A DNA stretch of 64,000 bases from Geosiphon pyriformis uo1 (lineage: Eukaryota; Fungi; Glomeromycota), in assembly GCA_016748015.1 (NCBI GenBank), contig JAAOMT010000011.1, forward strand, positions 62,001-126,000, in the 5' to 3' direction. Below are positions 13,693 through 26,351 of the stretch, in pieces. A model generated the notes under the pieces. It was not told the DNA's origin, did not search any database, and was given only the letters and a program-made list of their open reading frames with translations. The position numbers and the translations under genes were made by a program. Numbering within the stretch: the first letter of the stretch is position 1; each line of letters starts with the position of its first letter.

Positions 13693-14290
13693 AAAAGGTT
13701 TATTTTTTTTTTAATTAGTTCAATTCAAAAATTGAATTTTTTTTGCCCACTTGTATTTTTTATTTTTTTTAAAAAAAAAAAAAAGTTACCCGTGAAAAAG
13801 ATAAGTCTCGAAACTCACCATTAATGGTAAAATTTTTCAAAACGAGAGATTTCCTCCCAATTAACTGGTTATCTCGGAAAATAGAAATTTTAACATAATC
13901 ATAAAACTCTCCTAATACTTTTTTTTTTTTTTTTAAAAAGTTTCACCGAGAAATCGCATCAAAAACCAAAATTTTTGATGATCGAGAAAATTATAGATAA
14001 ACGTGTATTGATTTTCCCTCAAATAGGATCATCCAGTTTTATCAGGACTAAATTAAGTATCTTTTTTATTTATTATTTTTTGTTAATTTTTTTAGAATTA
14101 GATTTTGTAAAATGGGACATATTTAAAAGGATATAAGTTAAAAATTAATAAAAATACTATTTATTTTTATTTTTTATTTTTTTTTTTTTGATTGGAGAAA
14201 AAGGTTTTTAATAAGGTATTTTTCAAGGCAAGTTTATTAGAAATCCCCTATAAAAAAAAAATTATTCATTTTTAAATTTTAAGTGTATTT

Positions 14291-14291
<1 letters not shown>

Positions 14292-14343
<52 letters not shown>

Positions 14344-14372
14344 ACACACACATATATACACAAACACACACA
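14292..14372 (+). repeat. (CA)n/(TA)n compound microsatellite
   Basis: Direct reading. Confidence 0.85.
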
Positions 14373-14610
14373 CTTCCATTAAAATTTTACATATATAATG
14401 ATTTAAACCAAAAATCATGATAATCCTTATAAAATATTTAAGCTTTTCTACTCTAGAAATTCTTCTATCTAGATAAAATCAATAATACTTTTGATTTTCA
14501 AAAAATAACAATGATTCTTTGTTTAAAAAAAATAATAATAATAATTAATAACTAGCATCATTTCAAAATATTCATGATTATGTACGTCGTTCTCTTTTTG
14601 ATGGTTTTTA

Positions 14611-14727
14611 CCAAACTCCCCTAGTGAATGCTGACCAAACTTCTTTAGTGAATGCTGATCAAACTCCCCTAATGAATGCTGACCAAACTCCTTTAGTGAT
14701 ATTGATCAAACTATCTAGTGATGCTGA
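14611..14727 (+). repeat. 24-bp minisatellite, 5 units (24, 24, 24, 23, 22 bp)
   Basis: Consensus CCAAACTCCCCTAGTGAATGCTGA. Confidence 0.85.
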
Positions 14728-15365
14728 CCAAAAAATAATCTCGAAGTTGGTTTTACACATCGATTTGCTTTTCGAGCTCGAAAAGATTTTTCACGTTTTA
14801 ATTGCAAATTATTACTCATTTTCAGATTAATTGAATCTTCTCGATTTGGAATAAATTCAAGTAAAAAATCATATTCCTTCTCATCAATCTCAATATTAAT
14901 TGATGGTGTTGGTGTTGAAATGTTGAGAAATTGAAATTTTGTGTTTGGTTCGGTGATTTCATCATCTTGTTTTGAAGGTGTATGAGATTCTTTCAAGGTG
15001 GTGTTAATATTTGATGATAATGATGATGATAATGATGATGGTGATGGTGATGGTGATGATGATGATGATGATGATGTTAATAAAGGTAATGAGGAAGGTA
15101 ATTCTGAATCTCCTTTGACTAATTCCGGTATCTTTGTTGATAAGGTACAATCTGTAATTTTAATCTCAGGTATCGTCATATTGCAATTATTCTCTTCATT
15201 TTTTCCGATGCTATTGTGATTATTATCCTTTTGTAAATTTTCATCGACATTTTTCTCGTTTGATGATTCTTGTTCAAAATCTTTACTTGGTTTTTTTACA
15301 AGAACATATTTCTTTGAAATATTTTCTGTGGGAGTTTGATAACTTTTGAAAAAAATCATTTTCAT
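14715..15365 (-). CDS. Hypothetical low-complexity Ser/Glu/Asn-rich protein (216 aa)
   Basis: Long open frame in AT-rich surroundings; no recognisable domain. Confidence 0.4.
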   Translation of the reverse strand: MKMIFFKSYQTPTENISKKYVLVKKPSKDFEQESSNEKNVDENLQKDNNHNSIGKNEENNCNMTIPEIKITDCTLSTKIPELVKGDSELPSSLPLLTSSSSSSSPSPSPSSLSSSLSSNINTTLKESHTPSKQDDEITEPNTKFQFLNISTPTPSINIEIDEKEYDFLLEFIPNREDSINLKMSNNLQLKREKSFRARKANRCVKPTSRLFFGQHH

Positions 15366-15788
15366 CTTTTTTGTTTTTAAATTTAAAAATTCTGTTTATG
15401 ATAAGTTTTATATGTAAATATGAAAGTGGAATTGGATAATGAATCGTTATTTTTATAAGGAAAACTTGAAATTTAAAAAAATACATTTATTTTTAAACTA
15501 TAATAAAGGATAAATTTAAAATGATACATCATTATTTTTTAACCTTAACTATAGTCCTTATTCACACTTTAAATATGTGCTATGACGAATTTTTGATGTT
15601 AAAATGACGATTTGGAAATTAAACTCTCTTGGCAATTTGATGATAATCATTCAATCTTTGTCGTTTTATTACAAAAGGGAAAAATCTCATGAGTTCATGA
15701 TCATATCAATGACGATATGAAAATACAAAAATAAAAATAAAAAATGACTCCGTTCTTTTTTGTGTTTCGTTTTAATATATACGATACT

Positions 15789-15830
<42 letters not shown>

Positions 15831-15842
15831 GCTGGTAGTAAA

Positions 15843-15881
<39 letters not shown>

Positions 15882-15971
15882 TTATTTTTTTAAAAATCTC
15901 ATTCGGAATAATCTCTAAATCCGGAATTAATGATACAAAATTATTTTATTTTATAAAAAAAAATATATATA

Positions 15972-16170
15972 TGTATATATATATATTATTTTTGTATACA
16001 TATATTATTTTTGTATATATATATTATTTTGTTATATTATTTTTGTATATATATATTATTTTTGTTATATTATTTTGTTTGTTATATTATTTTTGTATAT
16101 ATATATTATTTTTGCTATATTATTTTTGTATATATATATTATTTTTGTTTGTTATATTATTTTTGTTATA
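15972..16170 (+). repeat. AT-rich minisatellite (G(TA)nTTATTTTT units)
   Basis: Direct reading. Confidence 0.75.
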
Positions 16171-17048
16171 ATCATTTTACTCATACATAACAAACATTTT
16201 ACCAAAAAAGAAAAAAAAATTTTTAATCCCGAATGTAACATATCAAAAAAGTTAGGTAAAATGCATATAATTTATATATATATATATATACTTATAAAAT
16301 TTTTTTTAATTTCAATATTAAAAATATATTATGATATTTGATATTTTTGAAATTTTAAATAAATAAATAAATATATATAAATATATGTATAAATATATAG
16401 ATATATAGATATATATAGATATAAGATTAATGTAATTATAACTGTATTTATTTAATGCAAAAAATTTAATTAAAATAAAACCAAAAAAAAAAAAAACTTT
16501 TTTATTTTAAATCTATATGTTTGAAAAATAATTTCTTGTTTTTTCACCAGATCAATTAATTGCTTTGTTATTAAGTGTTAAAACACATTTAATTAATCAA
16601 AATCAATCATCATATATTTTAATTTTTTTTTTCTGCCATAATAAAGGGATTCGAGACTACCAATATGTAAAAGGTTGTGATAAATTACGTTCAGCATAAT
16701 CTATAGTTAGTACATGAAACTGCATATAACTACATACAGTAAAGTACATGTGAACACATGCCTAATCAGGTTTTCATTTATCCTGATATACAAACCAGTA
16801 AATGCCAAAAATTTATCGATTCTTAATTTCTTATTATCAAAATTTTATTTAATCATCACCGATTCCGTTTATCCGATTAAAGTACTTCTTTCCGTAAAAA
16901 AGCTTCGAGTCTTTAGAAATCTATGAAAATTCTAATGGATCAATAATTTAATTTATTTTAATTTAATTTAAATAGTTGTTTAGCCCTGGCTTTCTTTCCG
17001 GCTGTAAGAATTGAGAGCCATTCATTGGACATTAAAGAATAAAAGTGA

Positions 17049-18221
17049 TTATAGTGTTTTTTTGGGTCGACGTTCCCCAAATATTGTACTTCCAATACGA
17101 ATATTAGTCGAGCCGAGTTTTAATGCTTCTTCAAAGTCTCCGGACATTCCCATGCTTAGCTCTAAATCTATCCCTAACACTTCTTTGGCTCGGGCATAAA
17201 TCTTGACCAATTTCTGACAAAAAAAAATAAAAAAGTTTTTAGGAAAAGACGAGAAAAACGGGACAGAGGGTAAAAAACTTACAATGAAGGCTGGATTTGG
17301 ACCGTCAACAACTGAGACATGTCCGAGCACACCAATTGTCATTATACCTATCAATTCTAGCTTGTCACACTTTTCGCGAATATGTTGTAAGATCGGTATG
17401 CATTGTTCCTCTTCAACCCCACTTTTTGCTAATATATCACAAAAAGAATATGATAAAATTCGTAATAAAGAAAGAAGCAACTTGCACCCCTCCCTTCTCC
17501 CTTTACATACTTTTATCCCCGCTTGTATTTACTTGGACAAAAACTTTCAGAGAGGACTCTCGAGAAGCACATGCTTTATTTAAGGCATCAGCATTTTTGG
17601 CACTATCAATAGTTTCAACTGCCCATAAATTGGGTATAGCTAAAAAAAAGTTGTAATGAATTAGAAAAGATTTCCTGGAATCAATTTCAGAAAAAGAACT
17701 TGGGGAGAATTACCTGCTAAAATTTTACACTTATTACTTTGAAATGAACCGATGAAATGCCATTTAATATCCGAAGGAAGCTAAAGTTACATTAATAAGG
17801 ATCTGCTTTTTGTAATAAAAGTATTATGAACGCCTTCAAACCTCTTTACTTTTCTCAACCAATTCTTGTACCTAATAGCGTTAAAAATAAAAATAGCTCA
17901 GATCAAAATAGAAAAAAATTAAAAATGAGGCTTAATTACATACATAATTTTCACCAAAGTGTCTTTGACCTGCTTCATACGCATAAAAAATGTCCGAGCG
18001 GTGTTTAAATTTACTTACGGCGACGAGTCTTGCCTACGGTTAAAAAGGCCATTTGCAATTATTGAAAGCGATAAATTTTTGAATCTCGAAAGAAAAGGAC
18101 ATCTCAGATTTTTACTTGCCTCACCTTTGCCTTCCAGGGCACTGTGAATGCGTTGCTTCACCGTTCCAAGATTTTTTACTAGCTCCTGTCTTCTTAAGTC
18201 TATATCTATTCGAGTAGACAT
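17049..18221 (-). CDS. PLPBP: Pyridoxal-phosphate homeostasis protein (PLPBP/PROSC, YggS family), multi-exon
   Basis: Spliced reading gives RLVAVSK, AGQRHFGENY, VQEL, WHFIG..QSNK, VQVNTSG, GIMTIG, LSMGMSGDFEEA..GST.IRIGSTIFG. Confidence 0.93.
18034..18119 (-). other. GC-AG intron (PLPBP intron 1, 86 nt)
   Basis: Donor GAG|GCAAGT is phase 0 and matches acceptor TAG|GCA AGA CTC. The neighbouring GT donor would give a frameshift and stop. Confidence 0.75.
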
Positions 18222-18750
18222 TTTAAAAGTGTGAGAGCTAGAAAAAAATCTCGGGTGACAAGACTGTGAAAAAAAAAATCGCCAAAAACCATTGATCTGA
18301 ATTTCTATTTATAATGGTCTTACAAGAAAGTAATTTTTGAAGTTCGATCATGGTACATCTGTAGATCTAATTGGATAGTCCTTGATGTTGAGACTGTTCC
18401 CAAAAGGGGTACTTGAAAGTTTAGGCTTATCCTCGCGTGCCCACTCGATACGCCTAAACCTTTTTGACCAAAAAAAAAACTTGCGCAAGCATCGACATCT
18501 TTCATACTTACCTTATGCTGGAAAAGAAAACTTCTCTTTACACAAAGCTGAATATAGCAGAACAGGCCGTTAACGCCCGAACCCCGCTGTTTAAAATACC
18601 TGATTTCAACAACTGGTATTCTATAGAACCAAGTTTCTTCAGATAAACTTCTCGTTGAATCGGCAAGTTGCTTTCTTACAGAAGCAACAGAATTCAAGCT
18701 CGTCTTGTCTCATCTCGCTCTTTAACAGATTGAATAAAAAACCAGGCAGG

Positions 18751-21700
18751 ATGTCAAGTTCTATGCGTGGTTTGACGGTGTTCATCGCCGATATACGAAA
18801 TTGTATCCTTTTTTTGCATTCCTACAGTCGAAATTGCAGTGAAACTACTCGAAATTTATATCTTATTATACACTTGACTTTAAACGCGTATATAGGTCGA
18901 GTAAGAGAGTTGGAAGAAAAACGAATTAATAAAGAGATGGCGAACATTAGGGCAAAATTCAAAGGTAAGTTACCGAGTTTCTATTATTTCTACAATTATT
19001 TTTTTTCTTATACATCGGCAGGCTAATCCGTGTTTGAATTGGACATTCCTGCAATATTTTTCAAGACGGAAACTTGAATGGTTATCAAAAAAAGAAATAC
19101 GTATGTAAATTACTCTACATGTACATTCTCGGGTGGGACATTGATTTCGGACACATGGAGGCTGTTCATTTGATTTCCACCCCCAAATATAGTGAAAAAC
19201 AAATTGTGAGTGGTGTCGTTTCTCGAATAGTCATGGATTTATGCCATCCCAAAGCAATCAAATTAATTTTTTTTTCATTGTATAGGGTTATCTGGCGGTT
19301 ACGCTTTTGATGCACGAAAAGAGTGATCTCGCACGTCTAGTCGTCAATTCTATTAAAAAGGATCTTGACGAAAATAATGAGATATATAATTGCCTCGCGC
19401 TTCATGCGATTGCCAACATTGGTGGAAGGGAAATGGCTGAAACATTAGCCACTGATGTTCATAGGCTGTTAATTTCACCGTCAGTAATTTCAAAGTTCAA
19501 ATATTTGATTACCCTACTATATTTGGGAATTTTGGGAATATATATATATAAAATTATTTGCTAAAACTTCAGAAACTCAAAAGGCTTTGTAAAAAAGAAG
19601 GCGGCTTTAACTCTTCTCCGGTTGCATCGAAAACATCCTGATGTTATTCCTGCAGCCGATTGGGCTGAACGGCTTATTTTGCTGATTGAAGATCTCGATT
19701 TGGTAATATAGCTTGATCTATAATAGAGTAAATTATCCCCATTTTAACAAGATCGAGAACCATTATGATTTTATTAATAATAATAATATTATTATTATGA
19801 ATTTTCTATAATAGGGTGTTACACTGTGTGTTACAAGTTTGATCATGGCCCTGGCACAGGATAATTTAGAAGCTTATCTTGGCTGCTATCAAAAGGCCGT
19901 CAATCGGCTAAAGAAGGTTTTTTAAGTTTTTATTTTGTGGGAGAATACCAAAAAGAAGGGTCTTATATCTTGGAAACCTATTTATGGTTTGCTAGATCGT
20001 GGTTGAAAAAGATTTTTCAATAGATTATCTTTATTACAAAGTTCCCATTCCCTGGCTTCAAGTGAAACTTCTCCGACTGTTACAGTATTATCCAGCCTCA
20101 GGTATTTTACGTTAATGAATTTTCTTTTTACCAATTTTGGGTACTTTGTGAAAAGTTTTAATCATGAATCGTTGCCATCATTTTCTATTTCAACAGAAGA
20201 TCAAAAAACAAGAATGGACTTACATGATGTTCTTCAGACCATTATTAATAATTCTCAAGAGACCCCGAAGAATGTTCAGCACAATAACGCACAAAATGCT
20301 GTGTTGTTTGAAGCTATAAACCTTTCCATACATCTCGATACCGAATCACAAATTGTCAGTCAGGCTGCAGTTCTGTTGGGAACGTTTATCAAGTCAAAGG
20401 AAACCAATGTCAGATATTTAGGTCTAGAGACAATGGCTCATTTGGCGGCATGTGTAGATTCATTAGAGCCAATCAAAAAGCATCAAGATACCATTTTATT
20501 ATCACTTCGTGATAAAGACATTAGCGTACGCCGTCGAGGCCTTGATCTTCTTTACAGTATGTGTGATGTGACAAATGCCAAGGTAATAGTCACTGAACTT
20601 CTCCGCTATCTTAATATCGCGGATTATGCATTGCGAGAGGAAATGGTACTCAAGATTGCCATCTTGACAGAACGATTTGCGACTGAATACCAATGGTACG
20701 TTGACATAATACTACAGCTAATAAGCACAGCTGGTGACCATGTTGGCGATGAAGTCTGGTATCGAGTTGTACAGATTGTGACTAATAATGAAGAATTGCA
20801 AGAATACGCGGCAAGAACTGTTTTAGTTCATTTGCGTTCGCCCTCTTGTCATGAGAGTCTAGTCAAAGTTGGAGGTTATATTCTCGGGGAATTCGGACAT
20901 CTCATCTCCAATCTATCAGGCGCTAGTGCTATTGATCAATTTCACGCTATTCATTCAAAGTTTGGTCTATGTACACTGCAGACAAGAGCTTTACTATTGA
21001 CCACGTATGTGAAGTTTATTAATCTTTTCCCAGAAATCAAGGGTGATATTTTGTCGGTGTTCCATCAATATCGTCATGTTTTAGATGCAGAATTACAACA
21101 ACGTGCAGCAGAATATTTGGCAATTGCTACCATGCCAAATGATGAACTACTTCAGACAGTTTGTGAGGAAATGCCACCTTTCCCAGAACGAGAATCGGCA
21201 CTTCTTTCACGGTTGCATCAACAGCATTCTGATACAGAAGATAAACGGACATGGATCATTGGAGGCAAGGATGTAAACAAGGAGCGAGAATCTCTGCGAA
21301 TGTCATCATTGATAACTCGCAGCAACTCTTTGGGTAGCAAAAGGACCAACGGAAGCACCATCATAAATGGCCATGAAAATGTAAATGGAACTGGTAGTAC
21401 TAATGGAAATGGTCATGTAGAAGTTGATCTCCTTAGATTCGGAGATTTAAACATTCACGGTGAGATCACCGATTCACCAAAAACATTAACTCCCGTCACC
21501 TCCTTCAATGTAATAATACCCTCAGGTAGCATAACCCAGGGATCCGAAAGATGGTTTGGTAAATTAGTATATACTTCAGAAGGCGTACTCTACGAAGACG
21601 CACAAATTCAGATTGGCCTGAAGTCAGAGTATCATAATCATCTAGGTCGTATTGCACTTTTCTTTAACAACAAAACCCAGGCGAATATCACTTCATTCAT

Positions 21701-22348
21701 TACTGTTGTTGAACATATTGAAAATCTCACAATAACTACACCAGGGCCTCCTCCATCTGTGATAAGCCCTGGGAATAAAATTCAACAATTATTTCATATT
21801 GAGTGTCAAAAAGTATTCACTGGCACACCAAATGTTCGTGTCTCATTTACTGCTGGGGCACCTCTACACACAGTGGCACTTCGATTACCTATTGTGATAG
21901 CAAAATTTATGGAACCTATTGAGTTCAACGGATCGGAATTTTTCGCCCGTTGGAAACAAATCGGTGGTGGGGGTCGAGAATCACAAAAGGTCTTCAAGTC
22001 AAGACATCCAATTAATGTCACTCCAAGTGGTATAAGGACGCTGGTGGGCGGGTTTCGATTTGGGGTATTAGAAGGGGTGGATCCAAATCCTAACAATGTT
22101 GTAGGAGCTAGTGTGTTACATACGATACAAAATGGTATGATAGGATGTTTGATGCGTTTAGAACCTAATATTGAAGCACAGGTAAGAGACTTCTGGTATA
22201 CTTTATTATTATATTTCGTTTCGAAATAAAAATTCTAAATTACAATCTCAATTAGATGTATCGATTGACTGTGCGCACAACTAATGAAACGGTTACCGAA
22301 GAACTATGTACGTTAATAGAGGATCGGCTGATAAATGATGAGCTGTAG
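18751..22348 (+). CDS. APL3: AP-2 adaptor complex alpha subunit (alpha-adaptin), ~9 exons
   Basis: [86 protein letters not shown], appendage GVLYED..IQIG and C-terminal MYRLTVR. Confidence 0.96.
18803..18895 (+). other. Putative U12-type (minor spliceosome) GT-AG intron, alpha-adaptin intron 1 (93 nt)
   Basis: 5' splice site GTATCCTTTT matches U12 consensus RTATCCTTT; ACTTGAC branch-like motif ~20 nt before AG with no pyrimidine tract; splicing restores [13 protein letters not shown]. Confidence 0.75.
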
Positions 22349-22933
22349 AACATTTTAATATGTGAACAAGAACTTTTTGAAAGCTGTGAAGTTATTCACT
22401 TTTTTTTATTCGCAATTTTTTTATTCGTTTTATAATCTATATAGATGTGATTTAATTAAAGGGTGGGGATTACTTTGCATATAAGGTCTAAATGTATCAA
22501 CTTGCAGCGAAAGTGTGAGCCGTAAAAGAATATTATATATATATTTTCGTAACTTGCTCAGTTCTTACATGCCTATGTTTTAATACAATGCAAATTGCAA
22601 TGTGTGTTTGCTAAAATTATCACAAATCGATAAGCGACTTTAAATTAACAGCTACTGAAGTCGTTACCAAGAGCAAATCTCAAGTTTACAGGCGAAATGT
22701 CAGCATTAAAGGATTCCAAAGATGAAACTAGTATAATGATTTTTATGAATATTTCTTTGAATTTTTGTACAGAAGATTTACATAAACGTATATCTTTCTG
22801 CCAAATTATGCTATAATTGAATTATGTATTTATAAAAAGGTAACCATGCAAATATAAAATTGAAAAAAATATCCTTGGTGTAGCGATTAAAAGGACGCAT
22901 TAATTATTAGTTTTAAAGATGGGACAAATATTT

Positions 22934-24573
22934 TTATTTCGTCTTTCGATGTTCAACTTCGCCACCACCAGCAATTACACCAACACGTAGTAATGATAAA
23001 AGATTCCGAGCAGCGTTCGAATGATCGTAAATACCACCGTTGAAAGCAGTAGTCATGTCCTTACCTATCGAGGTGGTAATAAATGCAGTGCCGCCAGGAT
23101 GTTCTTCCATAAAGTTTGTGACGTCATGAATGATTCCCTCGATCAGGATCCAATTTTTAGTCTTTGATCCTTCTTGGACTTTTGTAGTAAAAGAAATGAA
23201 TGGGTAAGTTTAAGATAATATACAGTTAAGACCAAGTGATTATGCTTACATTCTTCAAAAGTAAAAACAGGTAATTTGTCCAAGGGGGTTCCCCAATTTA
23301 AAGTACGTCTTTTAGCGTCCAACTTCTTTTGTTGCATGTACAACTGACCCTTAGTCACTTCATTATCGGGGAATCGTTTGAGCTGCGAAGCTAGACCAAA
23401 GAACGAGAAAAACCTGATCAACCATTTAGTTGGATCGTATTGATAAAATTTAATGGCGTTTCGATAGTCTTGAGGAAATTCGTGGTGGAAGTTGTGATAC
23501 CCTTCACCCAAACTTAGGAGTGCGGTGATAAAATGATCACGTGGGGTGTGCTTGTCATCATAGGTGGTATCACCAAGATAATGAGCCAATGAGTTAACAC
23601 AGAAGGTGGCATGATGAACAAATACTAGACGGGCGATAGCAGCGAAAAAGAATCCACCCTAATTTTTTACCAATATATATATATATATAAATATAAATGT
23701 TTAATGGTGAAATTGAACAATAGAATGTAGATTAATTTGATAAATACCCTCCAATCACCCCAGCCAAGACCGGCAACCATCCATGGGAAAATCATTCCAA
23801 AAAACACAGCAAAGTATGGATAATATTTATGTTGAAACCGAATAAGAGGGTCAGCATTTAAATCTGAGATATCGGAGCGACCAAGACGTTCTGGATTTTG
23901 TTTCATGTACATCCAACCCAAGTGCGAGTATAAAAGGCCACGATGAGCATTATAAGGATCACGATCGGTATCAGTGTAACGATGATGAGAACGATGATCA
24001 CGGCACCACCAACGAGCTGAACCTTCTACAGCCGCTGAAGCCCATGCAATAAGTATTAATTTTAATGGCTTTGAAGCAGTGTATGATCTATGAGCCCATA
24101 ATCTGTGATAACCTAATACATGCATGAAAGAGAAAAAGGTGAGTCTTTTTGCAGGAGATTTCCCAAAAAAGGATAGATCAACATGAAATTTATCAGTATA
24201 TAAAATTATGTATGATCATAATTTTCGCGAGCCTTTTTTTTTTTTTATTCTTTCATTGAAATACTAAAGAAAATTTACCTGCGGTGATACCAAGACCACT
24301 CATATAATAAAAAACTATAGACCAGATCAAAGTTTTTGTTTGGATTGGTGTAGAGAAGATACCGTAGAGGGCAATGAGTGGTGTCGAAGATAATAGAATT
24401 GCATGAAGCCAATTTACATGCTTATACCAATTCTTGAAGGTGATCGGTTCTTCAAGGATTTGTTGTCGTTTTACTTGTTTTTGTTGTTGGTGCTGATATT
24501 TCGTTTCGTTGCTGACTGATGATGGGTTCCTCTCTTTTGAAGCAGTTTGTGAGAGTGAAGTAGTTACTGCCAT
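22934..24573 (-). CDS. OLE1: OLE1-type acyl-CoA desaturase with fused C-terminal cytochrome b5, 4 exons
   Basis: His boxes HRLWAH, HRSHH, HNFHH; GITAGYHRLW; b5 motif EHPGG and [14 protein letters not shown]. Confidence 0.95.
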
Positions 24574-25876
24574 TTCTTTGAATGTTCTGGAAAGGAGATT
24601 GATGAGAATTTTCAACGAGGGACTTAATTTAATTGGGTGAGTGTTTTACGATATGTCTATGCTCTTCTGAATGTATGTCTTTGGTAGTAGAGAATAAGTT
24701 GTAAGAGATAGAATTTAATTTCTTCTTCAAGAAGAGGGTAATATTTGAGTTTATGAATATTAAAAATGTGTGCGCACGTATGGTAGCTTTTATATTACAA
24801 TTTTTTTCCAAAAAAGGGGATTGATAGAAAACGTAAAACTTGAATCAGTTGGTTTTTGGGGGGAATATTCACTTAAGATGTTAATGGATTGTGACAAAAA
24901 TATCCTCAAATTATGGTGAGAACCACCTTTTGAAATGGATGCCTTTTTTTTTTTTTTTTGATTCAGCCCGTTTTTCTTGAAACAAAAAAATCTTAATTGG
25001 GTCACTAGAAATATGAATTTATAGAATTTTTAGAAATCGCGGTCACTTTCAAAAATTTTTGGGGAATTAAAAAAAATGTTTGTTAGCCAAGAAATTAATA
25101 ATTGAAATGAAAAGTTTATCACGGGAAAAGGCTTGTTTACATCATGGAAACCATGTCATTGATTGTTCCTCATTGTAAGTATTATTTTTTTTTTCGGTCG
25201 GGTCAAGAACAAATTATTAATCGATAGCTTAAGATTAACCTGATCTTGAACGTATTTCCCCGCGTCAACAAGAAATTGGGCTTCCCAAAATTCTTAATAA
25301 CGCATATCAAAAAGAACGCGTCAACATAGTGGTCTGAATGTTGGGGCGGTTAAATCACGTATAAAAAAATCGATACTGTATTTCTTTGGGGCTGAAAACA
25401 AATCTGTATCGAAAATCTTTAAAGAGTTTCACTCTTAAAAATTCATAACACAAGTTACGTTATTAATTCCAGGGTACGACTTAATTACCAAGTTGAATGG
25501 GGTTTGATTTAACTCTTCAATTTTTTGAAGATGAATTGAAAAAATTTGTCATTCTACCCCAACAGACTATAGAATAGATAAAGAATATGCATAAAGTAAA
25601 AATATCAAATGGAATCGCCAACAAAATAATATTTGATGCGTAAATTTCACCCCATCCTGAGCCTTATCCACTTTTGTAATTTCCCCAATTTATTTAATGA
25701 CAATTTTATACTAGCCAAAGGATAAAAAACAATTTCCCATGTGTCTGTCATCGAAAATATTTGTAAAGTGGGACTTTATTTTTGCGTCTTTCTCGGGGAA
25801 TTTTAAACATTACATTACAACTAATTACCTGCATTTAGAAAAAAATTCCCAACCTAACAATTATTACTTGTCTTGA

Positions 25877-25892
25877 AACTAACTAACTAACC

Positions 25893-25926
<34 letters not shown>

Positions 25927-25948
25927 TCTATCCATCCATCTATCTATC
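25877..25948 (+). repeat. (AACT)n microsatellite followed by (ATCC)/(ATCT) units
   Basis: Direct reading. Confidence 0.85.
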
Positions 25949-26351
25949 TTATCATCCTGCGCTCTCTTCAAAACCCCAAGAAAATTTTTTAACAATGAAA
26001 TGATTTTGTTGATTAAAGGTGTCTCTTACGTCACTTGAAAAATAATTCGGCTTATAGTTTTGCCTAATGAATGGGGTCAATGTTTGTAAGCCAAAATTGA
26101 GCGAGATCTGGCAAAAAGATGACTATCAATGATTCAGGGTTTTACTACTCATAAATAATATAAATATAATAATAGGCATGTTTTAACAGGAAAGAATCGA
26201 TTTTGTCCCTCAAAACCCTGTCATTTGATCGACTTCTCTATTTTCCCAGTGAACTTCTTCTTCTTGATCATCGTTAAAAATCTGATAATACAATACACCA
26301 ATTTTAAAAAGGATTATTTAAATTAGTTAAGCATTGGATTTCGAGTAAATA

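Noticed and set aside
18320-18697. 125-aa ORF between PLPBP and alpha-adaptin
   Set aside because: No recognisable motif; occupies the short divergent promoter region.
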